Positions 47,797-57,271 of a DNA stretch of 64,000 nt are shown here, in pieces. Numbering within the stretch: the stretch's first letter is position 1; the number at the start of each line of letters is the position of its first letter. The notes beneath the pieces are model-generated. The model was not told the DNA's origin, did no database searches, and saw only the letters and a list, made by a program, of their open reading frames with translations. Source of the stretch: a virus (taxonomy: Duplodnaviria > Caudoviricetes); IMG/VR virus record IMGVR_UViG_3300011560_000001, positions 32,001 to 96,000 of that record. One strand, written 5' to 3'. Made by a program: the position numbers and the translations under genes.

Positions 47797-48426
47797 ATGT
47801 CTCGTAATAAATATATCGTTATTGAAGGCCTGGATTATTCAGGAAAGAGTTCGGTTATCTCGTCTTTACACAGTCGTTTAAACAATGTCTGTGTCGTACG
47901 TGAGCCTGGTGGCACGCTCTACGGAGAAGCCATTCGTAAACTTATCCTGGAAGATCAGACGCCAACGAACAGATTCGATCCAGAAACTGAACTATTGGCG
48001 ATGATGTCACAACGTAATCATCTCTTCAACAAGGTGATTCATCCAGCCCTTAACGAAGGGAAGACCGTGCTTAGCGATCGTTCGATTGCTTCGACGTATG
48101 TTTATCAGGTTAATGATGCCAACGTTAAGTTGTTTGACGCATTGTTGCCGAACCTACCGTCGATTATCATGCCGTCTTACTACGTTTATCTGGATATTGA
48201 CTATCCTACGTATTTAAGGCGGTTCCGTGTTCGACACGCTAAACATCAGATGTTTGATAACATCGATGAAGCGACATTCAATGAACGACGTTATCGTTAC
48301 ATGGATTTTATGGACTATCTCGGCGACGCGAAAACGTTGTGTATAGACACCAGTAACACACATTCTCCTGTTGATGTCGCTAATCGTGTTTACGACAATT
48401 TGTTGAACGCGGGATTTGTTGAATAA
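47797..48426 (+). CDS. tmk: thymidylate kinase
   Basis: YIVIEGLDYSGKSS, REPGGT..GEAIR, LSDRS..STYVYQ. Confidence 0.95.
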   Translation: MSRNKYIVIEGLDYSGKSSVISSLHSRLNNVCVVREPGGTLYGEAIRKLILEDQTPTNRFDPETELLAMMSQRNHLFNKVIHPALNEGKTVLSDRSIASTYVYQVNDANVKLFDALLPNLPSIIMPSYYVYLDIDYPTYLRRFRVRHAKHQMFDNIDEATFNERRYRYMDFMDYLGDAKTLCIDTSNTHSPVDVANRVYDNLLNAGFVE

Positions 48427-48443
48427 CATTTAACGGCATATTT

Positions 48444-48475
48444 CATCCTCCCTTCCCTTACGGGTTGGGAGGATG
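48444..48475. terminator. repeated hairpin element copy 9 (convergent junction)
   Basis: CATCCTCCC-TT-CCC-TTAC-GGG-TT-GGGAGGATG flanked by GCATA...TATGC. Confidence 0.75.
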
Positions 48476-48479
48476 GTTT

Positions 48480-48788
48480 TTATGCGCTTTCTACTTCAAC
48501 AATAAAACGACGGATCTCACCATCGGAGGCTTTCAATGTTTGCGTGTAGGTGAATTTTCCGATCCCTGATGGTAGCAACACATGATCGGTATTTTCTGTA
48601 TCGTGTTGGAAATCTTTATCGGAATCAAGATCGATACTGTTTAAGGCGTTACGTATACGTGGCATCAGTTGGTAAAAATCACCGAGATCACGTAATCCCG
48701 GAATGGGTTCTAATACGATCTTGGTTTCAGTACCAACACCATTCATGACAGGCGTTGTTGAAGTAAACTCAACATTCAAATTGCTCAT
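48480..48788 (-). CDS. hypothetical protein
   Basis: AAGG RBS before MSNLNVEF. Confidence 0.65.
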   Translation of the reverse strand: MSNLNVEFTSTTPVMNGVGTETKIVLEPIPGLRDLGDFYQLMPRIRNALNSIDLDSDKDFQHDTENTDHVLLPSGIGKFTYTQTLKASDGEIRRFIVEVESA

Positions 48789-48898
48789 GTTTATAACCTT
48801 TTGTTTTGTAGATGATAAATAGTCGCGCATAGGTGTTGGCCCTCGTGAAGACGGGGGCCTCGACGATTTCTCGTCATACACTAATGCAGACATTGTTT

Positions 48899-49015
48899 TC
48901 AGCGTAATACATTATGCGTATTACGCCTTTCTTCAGTCATGATAGCAACAGCGTGTTTAACAGAGAATGCGCATATACCCGCCAGCAATGCTCTCTCCAT
49001 TAGAATGAGTAACAT
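48899..49015 (-). CDS. small 38-aa hydrophobic peptide (not in the ORF track)
   Basis: AAGGAGG RBS 9 nt before ATG; MLLILMERALLAGICAFSVKHAVAIMTEERRNTHNVLR*. Confidence 0.5.
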   Translation of the reverse strand: MLLILMERALLAGICAFSVKHAVAIMTEERRNTHNVLR

Positions 49016-49088
49016 AATCATCTCCCTCCTTTGTGTTATATTCACACCATTTTCCTATTTTGTTAATTCTTATTCCTGATATTTAACA

Positions 49089-49118
49089 GCATAAAAGCCT
49101 GCCCCGAAGGACAGGCTT
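49089..49118 (-). terminator. intrinsic terminator with cUUCGg loop
   Basis: Minus strand AAGCCTGTCC-TTCG-GGGCAGGCTT-TTATGC directly after the 49124 stop. Confidence 0.75.
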
Positions 49119-49123
49119 GATGA

Positions 49124-49945
49124 TTAATAACGACGTAAGCTATCTACGGTATTGCCATAGCAGTCAGTAATGTACACACTTTCATTGGGATAAATGAAAA
49201 TGAAACACGTGGTGTGCGTTGTTGTCGATGTATAATCGTCTACAACAGTGGGTTCGGTATAACGTAGAACACCAATCGCTTGACTTAAACGGTGATTATT
49301 TTCATCGTTTGTCATAGCGTAATGCTCATCACAACCATCGGATTTAACGACGAGGGTATGGTGTATTGCCCGAACCCCAGTAGGTTCTTGTTCTTTTAAT
49401 GGACCATCCAATTCGATATCATAACCACCATCGATGGTGGGTGTCGCTGTAGCAAGAACCGATCCGTATTTCTTTATCTGGCAGTTTAAGCGGGTGTTGA
49501 TCTTCGTATTCGGATCGACGCCGTTAAAAAGTACTTGATACGTTAACTTGGCGAATTCGGGATGAACATCTTTACCGAGCTGTTTGTTCAGGGCGGCAAG
49601 GTATTGTTCAAAAGTGTTCTCTGGATTAAACACGTAAACGTCATTAAAATCAACTAAAACGTTTGATAGAATTTCTGCGTTTTCGCGCACGACAATGGTC
49701 GTGAGGCTGATTTCCTGTTTTCTTGCATCCCGAACGAAGTGTCTAACAGCATCACCTAATAACTCTGCCCACGTGATACCATTGATACAGTCATCGGACG
49801 TCAGTGTTCTCACGGCTTTATTTTTAGCGTATTCGATAGCTTCTTTGAATACGGTACTGTTCCGATTACCCAGAACAGGATCGGTCAGATACATTGGTTG
49901 GCTATTGCCATTAGTAAACAACTTACAAACAAATACTTTTTCCAT
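49124..49945 (-). CDS. hypothetical protein
   Basis: 273 aa, AGGA RBS. Confidence 0.75.
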   Translation of the reverse strand: MEKVFVCKLFTNGNSQPMYLTDPVLGNRNSTVFKEAIEYAKNKAVRTLTSDDCINGITWAELLGDAVRHFVRDARKQEISLTTIVVRENAEILSNVLVDFNDVYVFNPENTFEQYLAALNKQLGKDVHPEFAKLTYQVLFNGVDPNTKINTRLNCQIKKYGSVLATATPTIDGGYDIELDGPLKEQEPTGVRAIHHTLVVKSDGCDEHYAMTNDENNHRLSQAIGVLRYTEPTVVDDYTSTTTHTTCFIFIYPNESVYITDCYGNTVDSLRRY

Positions 49946-50047
49946 GATAGGTTCCTGTTTCGTAGATGATGATTTCGAAGATGATTGGTTTAGGCTAAAA
50001 GCCTATAAAATTAGCTGCGGTTGCGGTATTTAACTTAATCCAACATT

Positions 50048-50072
50048 TTTCACGGCTATATTACTTAAGTGA
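50048..50072 (+). promoter_or_regulatory. putative early promoter
   Basis: TTTCACGGCTATATTACTTAAGTGA. Confidence 0.7.
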
Positions 50073-50368
50073 AGTAAGCCAGCGAGATTTCATTCATGGA
50101 TAAGACTTTCAGTCTCACCGATGTGGAACAACAATGGTTTCCTATCGAAGTGATTGAAAGATACTTTCGCTTGGCTAGGAAACTAGACATACCGCAACAG
50201 CTACACCGTTTGAGTGCTCGTGGATGGGTAATGCTGAAAGCCTTACGTGTAGGCGCAAAACGTTTTTACGCTTTCCTGCACGAGAAACTTAACTGCACAT
50301 GTAAAACAGAATACCGCCATCCACGATGGTTTAAATCAATTTCGTCTCAAAAATCGAAGGAGTCTATC

Positions 50369-50752
50369 ATGACCAATAAAGATCAGAAAATGAACAACCA
50401 GCCGTTTGAACCATCTGAAACGACTGTTGACCAAGAATCCACTAAGCAATCAACTTCCAAACAAGAGGAAACCACCATGAACGTACGTTATGATAACCTT
50501 GACCGCGATACCTTAGCCCGCTTGGCTGAATCCGAAATTCATCGGAATGAAGCAGAGGCTGAATACATGCGTCGTATGGCTCTTGATCAAAAGCCCGACC
50601 GTAAATGGCAGTATCGTGCCGGGGTTGCGTTAACGGCGACGAGCGCAGCAGCAATGGGCGCTATCGCTCTCTTCTACCTGAAACATACGGGTCTGTTTGA
50701 CGGTTTGTTAGGGGGAAGCAAACCTGATACAAATGAAGAAGCTGCAAGCTAA
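50369..50752 (+). CDS. tail-anchored membrane protein (the ORF could start at 50096)
   Basis: AAGGAG RBS at ATG 50369; hydrophobic AGVALTATSAAAMGAIALFYL. Confidence 0.65.
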   Translation: MTNKDQKMNNQPFEPSETTVDQESTKQSTSKQEETTMNVRYDNLDRDTLARLAESEIHRNEAEAEYMRRMALDQKPDRKWQYRAGVALTATSAAAMGAIALFYLKHTGLFDGLLGGSKPDTNEEAAS

Positions 50753-50758
50753 TTGATC

Positions 50759-50786
50759 CAAGGTCCTCTGATATCAGAGGACCTTG
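50759..50786. terminator. perfect 28-bp palindrome, probable terminator
   Basis: CAAGGTCCTCTGATATCAGAGGACCTTG followed by T-rich sequence. Confidence 0.7.
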
Positions 50787-50853
50787 CTTTATATCGTTTT
50801 TTCTTTTGTTGTTTTTAACCGATCTTCAAGATGCGTATGTAGGGGAGATGACA

Positions 50854-51381
50854 ATGCAATACACGTTAATGATTTCTGTTTTGGCTATACTTGGTATCGT
50901 TGTTGTTTATGGCGCTTTTGCGCTTCTGAATAGCATGCAGACAACCCTACGGGTTACCCAATTACATTCTGATGGAGCGAGTACTATGACAACACCACTC
51001 ATCGATTTACATGAGCATATTTCCCGTAAACCTGCCGAACGTTTCGTGTCTCGCCCTGATCCAATCAGTGACGAAGATAAAGGCTATATCACCGCAACGG
51101 TTCAACGCACCGTCGAACGTATGTTACGCCCAGTGGAGCAACGTGCTGAGTGGTCAAACGACTTAGATATTGCAACACTGATGCCTGCTTGGTTGTCTGT
51201 ATTAACACAACAGGTTACTGCGTCTCTTGAACAGAGTAATCTTCTTCCTGGTCGATTTATTATTCGTTGGGAAAGAGACGATGATAAAATTGTTCTCTAC
51301 GCTGATGCGGATGTAGAGAACATCGGTAAAGTACAGTTGCCCATTAATAAGGTAAAACCGCTTGCCGACTATTGGGTATAA
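50854..51381 (+). CDS. membrane protein with N-terminal TM helix
   Basis: LMISVLAILGIVVVYGAFALL. Confidence 0.65.
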   Translation: MQYTLMISVLAILGIVVVYGAFALLNSMQTTLRVTQLHSDGASTMTTPLIDLHEHISRKPAERFVSRPDPISDEDKGYITATVQRTVERMLRPVEQRAEWSNDLDIATLMPAWLSVLTQQVTASLEQSNLLPGRFIIRWERDDDKIVLYADADVENIGKVQLPINKVKPLADYWV

Positions 51382-51392
51382 GTGAGGTCGTT

Positions 51393-51806
51393 ATGGATAC
51401 TTACTATTGGTATATTGGTATCGGTACGATAATTTTTGTTGCTGCAGCTTTTGTCGCTGGCTTTTATCTCGGTCGCGGGTCACGAGAGTTCATCGTTATT
51501 GATACAAGCGATAACGGAACGACAACGGGTATCTCTGAGTGTTTGATTGAATCATTACGTCAGCTACATCGTCGTGGTCGTGGGGTTCCAATGAACCCCG
51601 GTAAAATTCAGCGTAAGTTTAATGAACTGTACGGTGCTTGGTTACGGTTACCTGAAGACGCACACCTCGACCTACGGATCGAACAGTCTAACAAAAATTA
51701 CTATTTCCACTTTCTCAATCATTACACCCATAACACGATAACAACGATTGTCCTTCCCATCGGTTGGATTACCGAGGGGATTGACGATGTGCATATTAAA
51801 ACATAA
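51393..51806 (+). CDS. membrane protein with N-terminal TM helix
   Basis: YIGIGTIIFVAAAFVAGFYLGR; GAGG RBS. Confidence 0.7.
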   Translation: MDTYYWYIGIGTIIFVAAAFVAGFYLGRGSREFIVIDTSDNGTTTGISECLIESLRQLHRRGRGVPMNPGKIQRKFNELYGAWLRLPEDAHLDLRIEQSNKNYYFHFLNHYTHNTITTIVLPIGWITEGIDDVHIKT

Positions 51807-51820
51807 GAAGGATCCTTCCG

Positions 51821-52522
51821 ATGAACCCGTTAAAACACGCAGTGAGTATTATTCTTAATTTTATCCCAAACTACCAACGTACCGAAAGATACCGTCATTG
51901 GTATAATTTCGTTTACCAGCCGGTGGTAGAAGGGCATATTGCTAATCTCGAGAAAGTAGGAGGCGATAAGAAATACTTGATGGTTACGATTCCGGATATT
52001 ATCCGCAAGATATACGAAGACCAGGAAGAATTTCCTAACGTCGCTGATATTCTGTTGTTTATACAAGCATATCGCTTTCGTCTTACACCACCGAAATCTG
52101 TAGTACGTCCGTGGTTTGGAACAAAAACAGATGGTGTGGAACAAGCGATGAAACAGCGTTTTAACGACCAGTTCGCTCGCCATACTCCTCGCGCGTTACG
52201 GGTGATGATGGAAATCCTCAATCGTGCTGATTTATGCGTCATTCCGATGATCATTGAATCGGAACTGTTTTATTTGTTCAATAAACGATTCGAAGTTACC
52301 ATCGTTGAGTACGGCGATGGTCTTTTGGTATTCAGTTACGTTGATTGCGATGGTGTTGGTGACGTTCGTTACGTTGTTCTAGACGTAGAAGACCGCTCGT
52401 CAACGATGACGGCGGCGCAGTTACGTCGATTCGTTGCTTACCTCGAATGGCGTGACGAGGACGACGAAGTTCGCCGTAAGAACCATGTTCGCCAGAAGTA
52501 CGCGAGATTATCTGCATCTTAA
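51821..52522 (+). CDS. hypothetical protein
   Basis: 233 aa, AAGGA RBS. Confidence 0.75.
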   Translation: MNPLKHAVSIILNFIPNYQRTERYRHWYNFVYQPVVEGHIANLEKVGGDKKYLMVTIPDIIRKIYEDQEEFPNVADILLFIQAYRFRLTPPKSVVRPWFGTKTDGVEQAMKQRFNDQFARHTPRALRVMMEILNRADLCVIPMIIESELFYLFNKRFEVTIVEYGDGLLVFSYVDCDGVGDVRYVVLDVEDRSSTMTAAQLRRFVAYLEWRDEDDEVRRKNHVRQKYARLSAS

Positions 52523-52529
52523 ACTGACG

Positions 52530-52580
52530 GTCACGGCTCTCCTTCATTGGAGAGCCTGTGACTATCATTTTTTTTTTTTT
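52530..52580 (+). terminator. intrinsic terminator
   Basis: GTCACGGCTCTCC-TTCATT-GGAGAGCCTGTGAC followed by a long T run. Confidence 0.65.
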
Positions 52581-52594
52581 GCTTGGCGGCATAA

Positions 52595-52626
52595 CCCTCC
52601 TCCAACCCAACAGGGAAGGAGGAGGG
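52595..52626 (-). terminator. repeated hairpin element copy 10 (inverted orientation)
   Basis: Minus strand CCCTCCTCC-TT-CCC-TGTT-GGG-TT-GGAGGAGGG-TTATGC. Confidence 0.75.
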
Positions 52627-52632
52627 AATATG

Positions 52633-53259
52633 TTAAGGTGTCGGATTGATTCCGGCGTCCTGAAGCAATTTGATAAGTTGCTTTTGGGTTGCAAGTAAAG
52701 CCGTTATCTGCTTCTCTTGCGTTTCACAGCGTGCGTAAATGGTATCTCGCTCTTTTATCGCAGCCTGACGACGGGCTTCGTTTATCTGATGTTGTTCCTG
52801 AGTAACGGTATCATCGAGAGTGATTTCCATTATTTTAACTTCAGGTTCGACACCAAGAATATCACTGGCCTTACCTTTCAATATCGTTGTTAAATACGAA
52901 AGGTCAAGACCTGGAGGAAGAGGCCCGAAATCGATACCCAGAATAATGCGACGATACCGCAATGAATCGTTCTTTGGATACGACGTGATATACGTATCAG
53001 GTACCAGTACGGGCGCACCGTAATCCGGTTGCAGCGTAACGAGATATGCATTCGCTTCGAGATGTGCATCGAATGTGGATTTGTCTATCGATAACGGTTC
53101 GTACAGTTCCTTAAATAGATCGATTCCGCTACCAATAACTTCACTGAATCTACGCAACGCTGTAACGGTATAAAGCGTTGACGCACCAACGGTGAACGGC
53201 GCGGATACTGTGAATACCCCGACCGCACCGGGACTTGGCGTCATGCGTGTTACAGCCAT
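52633..53259 (-). CDS. conserved protein, probably virion (phiKZ gp158-like position)
   Basis: GGAGG RBS; VPDTYITSYP, GIDFGPLP. Confidence 0.65.
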   Translation of the reverse strand: MAVTRMTPSPGAVGVFTVSAPFTVGASTLYTVTALRRFSEVIGSGIDLFKELYEPLSIDKSTFDAHLEANAYLVTLQPDYGAPVLVPDTYITSYPKNDSLRYRRIILGIDFGPLPPGLDLSYLTTILKGKASDILGVEPEVKIMEITLDDTVTQEQHQINEARRQAAIKERDTIYARCETQEKQITALLATQKQLIKLLQDAGINPTP

Positions 53260-53261
53260 AA

Positions 53262-54602
53262 TCAACCTCCAACAGGTGTGTCGGCTTCATCCGGCATTTT
53301 CTTCAGGAACGCTTCTTTTGTTAAGAAGAGATACTGAACATCGTTGTGGCTTTTCGCTAAGAAGTTATTGCTACCACGCGTAACACGACTATAACCCAAC
53401 GGTACCGGATCGTCTTCGGTGAGCGATTCTGCCAGTTTCAGCATTTCGTAAGTGAACGTGATGAATTCACGTGTTGCGTCGTCGATACGGTTAATATCGA
53501 TGCTGGTTGTGCTGATGAGTGCGTATTGCGGCCAACGATCGTAGAACTTAAGTTTACCATCACGGTTACGTGAGTTACCAACACTTAAGAAACTGATCGA
53601 ACGCCACAGCGTCGGCACCGCTTGAAGCGATTTACGGACTTCGGCGGTTTCACCGTAACCATCAGCAAAGTTTTTCAGGTAGGTATCCATCAACGAATCA
53701 TCGAAGATGGGACTATAGATACGTGCCTGATTGGTCATCTCCGGAGCGCTGTGGCGGTTCCAGATTGGGATGAAGATGTGTTCTGTCGGAATAAAAAGAT
53801 CAGGCAGAACGATTTCCCAGTCTGGGCGTCCATGCGTACTATTGCTAAGAATCCAGTTTTGCAGGAACTCCTTGATATTATCAATATTGTTACCTGCTGC
53901 ACCGTAGATAATCACCGTCCAATCGGTATCAATGTACTTCGAATCGTCGGTGTAATCGTACGCTTTATAGGTTTTCGTCCACAATTGTGTGTCTGGGAAT
54001 TGGTCGCGCACCTCATTGATTTCTTCGGTCAGTTTCTCGCTGCTTCGACTGTCAACCAGTTTCTTCAACGTTGCCAGATCTTCGAAGAAGGTGTCTAACT
54101 GGTCCTTAGGAACAGGAGGAACGACTTCGTATTCGTATTTTGGATATTGACTTTGGAATACGCTATCAGACAGCCATATCTTGACAACATCACCCGTGGC
54201 GGTTATCTTGAAACTGATCCACGCCGGTAGATAGACTTTCCCATCGGTGGTGGGTGTCGGGATGTCGATAGAATCCAAATACGTTGTGAAGTCGTCTTTT
54301 AGGTAGCTGATAACCTGGTCTCTGTCATCCTGGATTTCGCCCGATGAGGCTTTTTCCAGCAACCATTGACCAACCTGAAGAATCTGATTTGCGGTGTTGT
54401 CATCCAGCGTTTGTGCTTCACCAGCTTCGTTTTCTGCATTCAATACCAGCAGGGTCGTACGTGCGTACGCCGTGTTGGTATAGATGCCGATCTCGCGACT
54501 GAACGTAGCACTATGCTGGCTGAACTCACCGAATTTCGCCGTGGTTTTTGGGTGGTTATTAGCGTACCCTTTGTACGTATAAAAACCAAAAATACTAATC
54601 AT
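53262..54602 (-). CDS. virion structural protein (phiKZ gp157-like)
   Basis: FGEFSQHSATFSRE, IWLSD..FQ.QYP.YE, W.VIIYGAAG, W...LPDLF. Confidence 0.65.
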   Translation of the reverse strand: MISIFGFYTYKGYANNHPKTTAKFGEFSQHSATFSREIGIYTNTAYARTTLLVLNAENEAGEAQTLDDNTANQILQVGQWLLEKASSGEIQDDRDQVISYLKDDFTTYLDSIDIPTPTTDGKVYLPAWISFKITATGDVVKIWLSDSVFQSQYPKYEYEVVPPVPKDQLDTFFEDLATLKKLVDSRSSEKLTEEINEVRDQFPDTQLWTKTYKAYDYTDDSKYIDTDWTVIIYGAAGNNIDNIKEFLQNWILSNSTHGRPDWEIVLPDLFIPTEHIFIPIWNRHSAPEMTNQARIYSPIFDDSLMDTYLKNFADGYGETAEVRKSLQAVPTLWRSISFLSVGNSRNRDGKLKFYDRWPQYALISTTSIDINRIDDATREFITFTYEMLKLAESLTEDDPVPLGYSRVTRGSNNFLAKSHNDVQYLFLTKEAFLKKMPDEADTPVGG

Positions 54603-54656
54603 TCGACGTCCTCGGTTAAGTTGTATTGGAAATTTCATACTATCAAGGACACACGC

Positions 54657-55208
54657 ATGTTTACTACACTCAAGGCGTTGCCCTGGCTTTTCCCTTTTCT
54701 TCGCGAGTTGTTTCGGCGAAGTAAGCGACCACCCACACGCTATCGTCGAGATGGAGCTCGACAGTCCTCGATATTCTTGATTACGGGTTTTTTCATCGTG
54801 TTGGGTATCGTGACGTTATTTGCTGGCGAAAAAATCTTTACCTTGATGGCTGAGGCGAATAGTTTACGTCAGGAAAATACAACATTGCGCTATGCGCGAG
54901 ACACCAACCGAGAACTGATTCATCAACTCTACACATCGAACGAAGTGCGAGGTCGTTTAATCGACAGTATGGTTGAACAGAACCGGATTCTCCAAGGTGA
55001 GGTCGATCGTGCATTACGAACTTTTGAAAAAGAGCAAGTTGCCAGGAGGAAGTTTCAAGAACGCGTTGAGCGTTTTATCGATACTTATTATGTCTGTAAC
55101 AGTCTGGCCTCCGTCGAACAGCGCAATCAGTGTGTAACTAATGGTGGAAAATTACGGTCAATGAAAATCGATCGCAATCAACCAACGTCAACTGACGGTA
55201 ATCGGTAA
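54657..55208 (+). CDS. bitopic membrane protein with coiled coil; holin or spanin candidate
   Basis: N-terminal amphipathic helix, basic linker, one TM, coiled coil, two Cys. Confidence 0.6.
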   Translation: MFTTLKALPWLFPFLRELFRRSKRPPTRYRRDGARQSSIFLITGFFIVLGIVTLFAGEKIFTLMAEANSLRQENTTLRYARDTNRELIHQLYTSNEVRGRLIDSMVEQNRILQGEVDRALRTFEKEQVARRKFQERVERFIDTYYVCNSLASVEQRNQCVTNGGKLRSMKIDRNQPTSTDGNR

Positions 55209-55258
55209 TACCGTACAACTTTGGGCTATCATACGGACAATGATTAATGAGGTTTACA

Positions 55259-56785
55259 ATGGCAGGAAATACTGAGCTTGGTGCCGTTTTCTACTGTGAT
55301 GGAGGATCCCGTCCAACATCGAGTGGGTATGGTGGCTATGGCGTGCATGGCTACACCTACGATATGGTGAAAGAAATAAAAGGCACCTTGGAACCTTCAA
55401 AAAGTGGAAAGCCCAAACCAACACAATACGGTTATGTTGACCCTAAACTCAACTTTCCTAAAGACGCCGTGTTGGTCGAACCCAAGGAATACGTGGATGA
55501 GTTAGAGGCTTTGGGTTTCAACGTAACGAACAATCAGGCTGAGTTGGATGCTGCAATACGTGCGATTGAACTTGGAAAAGCAAAGGGGGCAAAACGGATC
55601 CAGCTGTTGTCGGACAGCCAATATGTTGTTGTGGGTGCCACCAACCATCTTGCTAACTGGCGAGAGAACAACTGGGTTAAATCCGACAATAAACCGTTAA
55701 TGAATGCGGAACGGTGGCGGAAACTCGATAGTGCGATAAGGGATGCGAAGCGCGACGCTATCGATATTTCGCTGCGCTACGTTCCTGGACATGAGGGCAA
55801 TGTTGGTAACGAACGTGCGGATATGTTGGCAACGCGTGGAACATATCTATCACAAAACCAGGACTGGGCTGTAAGAACCCAAATACGTCGCGAACTTCCG
55901 GCTAAGGGGTATTGGAGTCCCGAACCGGAAATAAGTCCGTTCTTTACGTTCTCACGCTGCTACTTTACCACCAATCAGCAGCAAGAGCGCGCGAAAGATG
56001 GTCGCTACATCTATTTCGGTGGTAACACCGATAAAGACAACAAGGGACGTCTTGAGTTAGGGAAAAGGATTAGCGATAGCGCGTACAGTGTTATCTATTT
56101 AAGCAAGCCGGATGATGCTATTGAGATTATGCGTACGCATGCATCTCGGGTATTAGAGCACGGGACAACGGAGTCAGTGTATATTGCATACACGGATAAC
56201 CTTCATCATCGTCAACATCATCGCGATATTCTTGAGGGTGAGTGCGATCTTACGATGCGTCCGACAGGCCTCGGTAAGAGCGTGCATCTTCCGCTAGGTG
56301 GATCGAACACAGCCATTTTAATGGAAGCATGCAATCCGCCTAACCTTGCTTGGCGTGCGATTGATTCCTTGAACTTCTTAAAGACGTTACTGGATGAATG
56401 GCTTGACGCTAACCGCGAATCCACACCGCGTCTGGTCGTAACCGAAATTACCGACGTTCTTTTCGAAACAGAAAAGGATAAGAAAGGCAAAACGGTTACC
56501 AAAGTGCATAGTGCGATTACACAGGTTACGAAAAGCTTGAAGGTGGACGTGAATTACAGACTGACCCCCGATAAGCAGGGCGTTACGTCTTGTACCATGT
56601 CCTTGGGGTTAGACCTGCCTCAACGTCTGAACTTGAGCTATTTAGCATCACCGGAAACGAAAGCGTACGCGGTAACTTATCGCGAGTCTGATGTTGCGTT
56701 TCGTTTCGCCGTGATTATTGAGTCGGGGGACGACGTTGGTATATGGGCTAACATATACAGTAACCCACGTTATGTGTTGGAGTAA
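55259..56785 (+). CDS. rnhA: RNase H1 with C-terminal extension (phiKZ gp155-like)
   Basis: FYCDGGS, TNNQAEL.A, SDSQYV, N.E.W, VPGHEGNVGNERAD. Confidence 0.9.
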   Translation: MAGNTELGAVFYCDGGSRPTSSGYGGYGVHGYTYDMVKEIKGTLEPSKSGKPKPTQYGYVDPKLNFPKDAVLVEPKEYVDELEALGFNVTNNQAELDAAIRAIELGKAKGAKRIQLLSDSQYVVVGATNHLANWRENNWVKSDNKPLMNAERWRKLDSAIRDAKRDAIDISLRYVPGHEGNVGNERADMLATRGTYLSQNQDWAVRTQIRRELPAKGYWSPEPEISPFFTFSRCYFTTNQQQERAKDGRYIYFGGNTDKDNKGRLELGKRISDSAYSVIYLSKPDDAIEIMRTHASRVLEHGTTESVYIAYTDNLHHRQHHRDILEGECDLTMRPTGLGKSVHLPLGGSNTAILMEACNPPNLAWRAIDSLNFLKTLLDEWLDANRESTPRLVVTEITDVLFETEKDKKGKTVTKVHSAITQVTKSLKVDVNYRLTPDKQGVTSCTMSLGLDLPQRLNLSYLASPETKAYAVTYRESDVAFRFAVIIESGDDVGIWANIYSNPRYVLE

Positions 56786-56788
56786 TCA

Positions 56789-57220
56789 ATGGTGATGGTC
56801 GAACAGGTAGAACGTGAGAAACAACCGTTGAAACACGCTCTCCTATCGTTCCTCTTAACCGCAAAAGCTAAACGTATACTTCTCTTCGGAAGTTTGTTTG
56901 GTACCTTGCACCAGCATGACGATAATTACGTCATGCTAAAAGGTCTTGCGGATATGAATGAGCGATTGGAGATAGCTGAGTCGGTTTCGGCGTTGATGTT
57001 TGCTGCGCGGCTTGGTATTACTGCATGGAAAGATCTGGATAGTGAGACGTTACTTAATGGGACGACAAACTACGATGAAGCGGTGCAGTGCATAATGCAG
57101 CGCGTTCCACCATGGCTTTATTATGATGATAAAACAACGATTCGTCAGGAGATTAAAAAGCTTCTGGTAAGAGTCTGCGTTCCTACGACACAACGAGTGG
57201 TACAACTATACGGCAAATAA
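56789..57220 (+). CDS. conserved hypothetical protein
   Basis: 143 aa, GGAG RBS. Confidence 0.7.
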   Translation: MVMVEQVEREKQPLKHALLSFLLTAKAKRILLFGSLFGTLHQHDDNYVMLKGLADMNERLEIAESVSALMFAARLGITAWKDLDSETLLNGTTNYDEAVQCIMQRVPPWLYYDDKTTIRQEIKKLLVRVCVPTTQRVVQLYGK

Positions 57221-57227
57221 ACCTTAT

Positions 57228-57263
57228 CCCACCCTACCGCCCTTAACGGGGTAGTAGGGTGGG
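57228..57263. terminator. repeated hairpin element copy 11 (convergent junction)
   Basis: CCCACCCTAC-CG-CCC-TTAAC-GGGG-TA-GTAGGGTGGG. Confidence 0.65.
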
Positions 57264-57271
57264 TTATTATG

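Noticed and set aside
2854-57263. Hairpin family as MITE/REP mobile elements
   Set aside because: No target duplications or transposase; stems covary and sit strictly at transcription-unit ends
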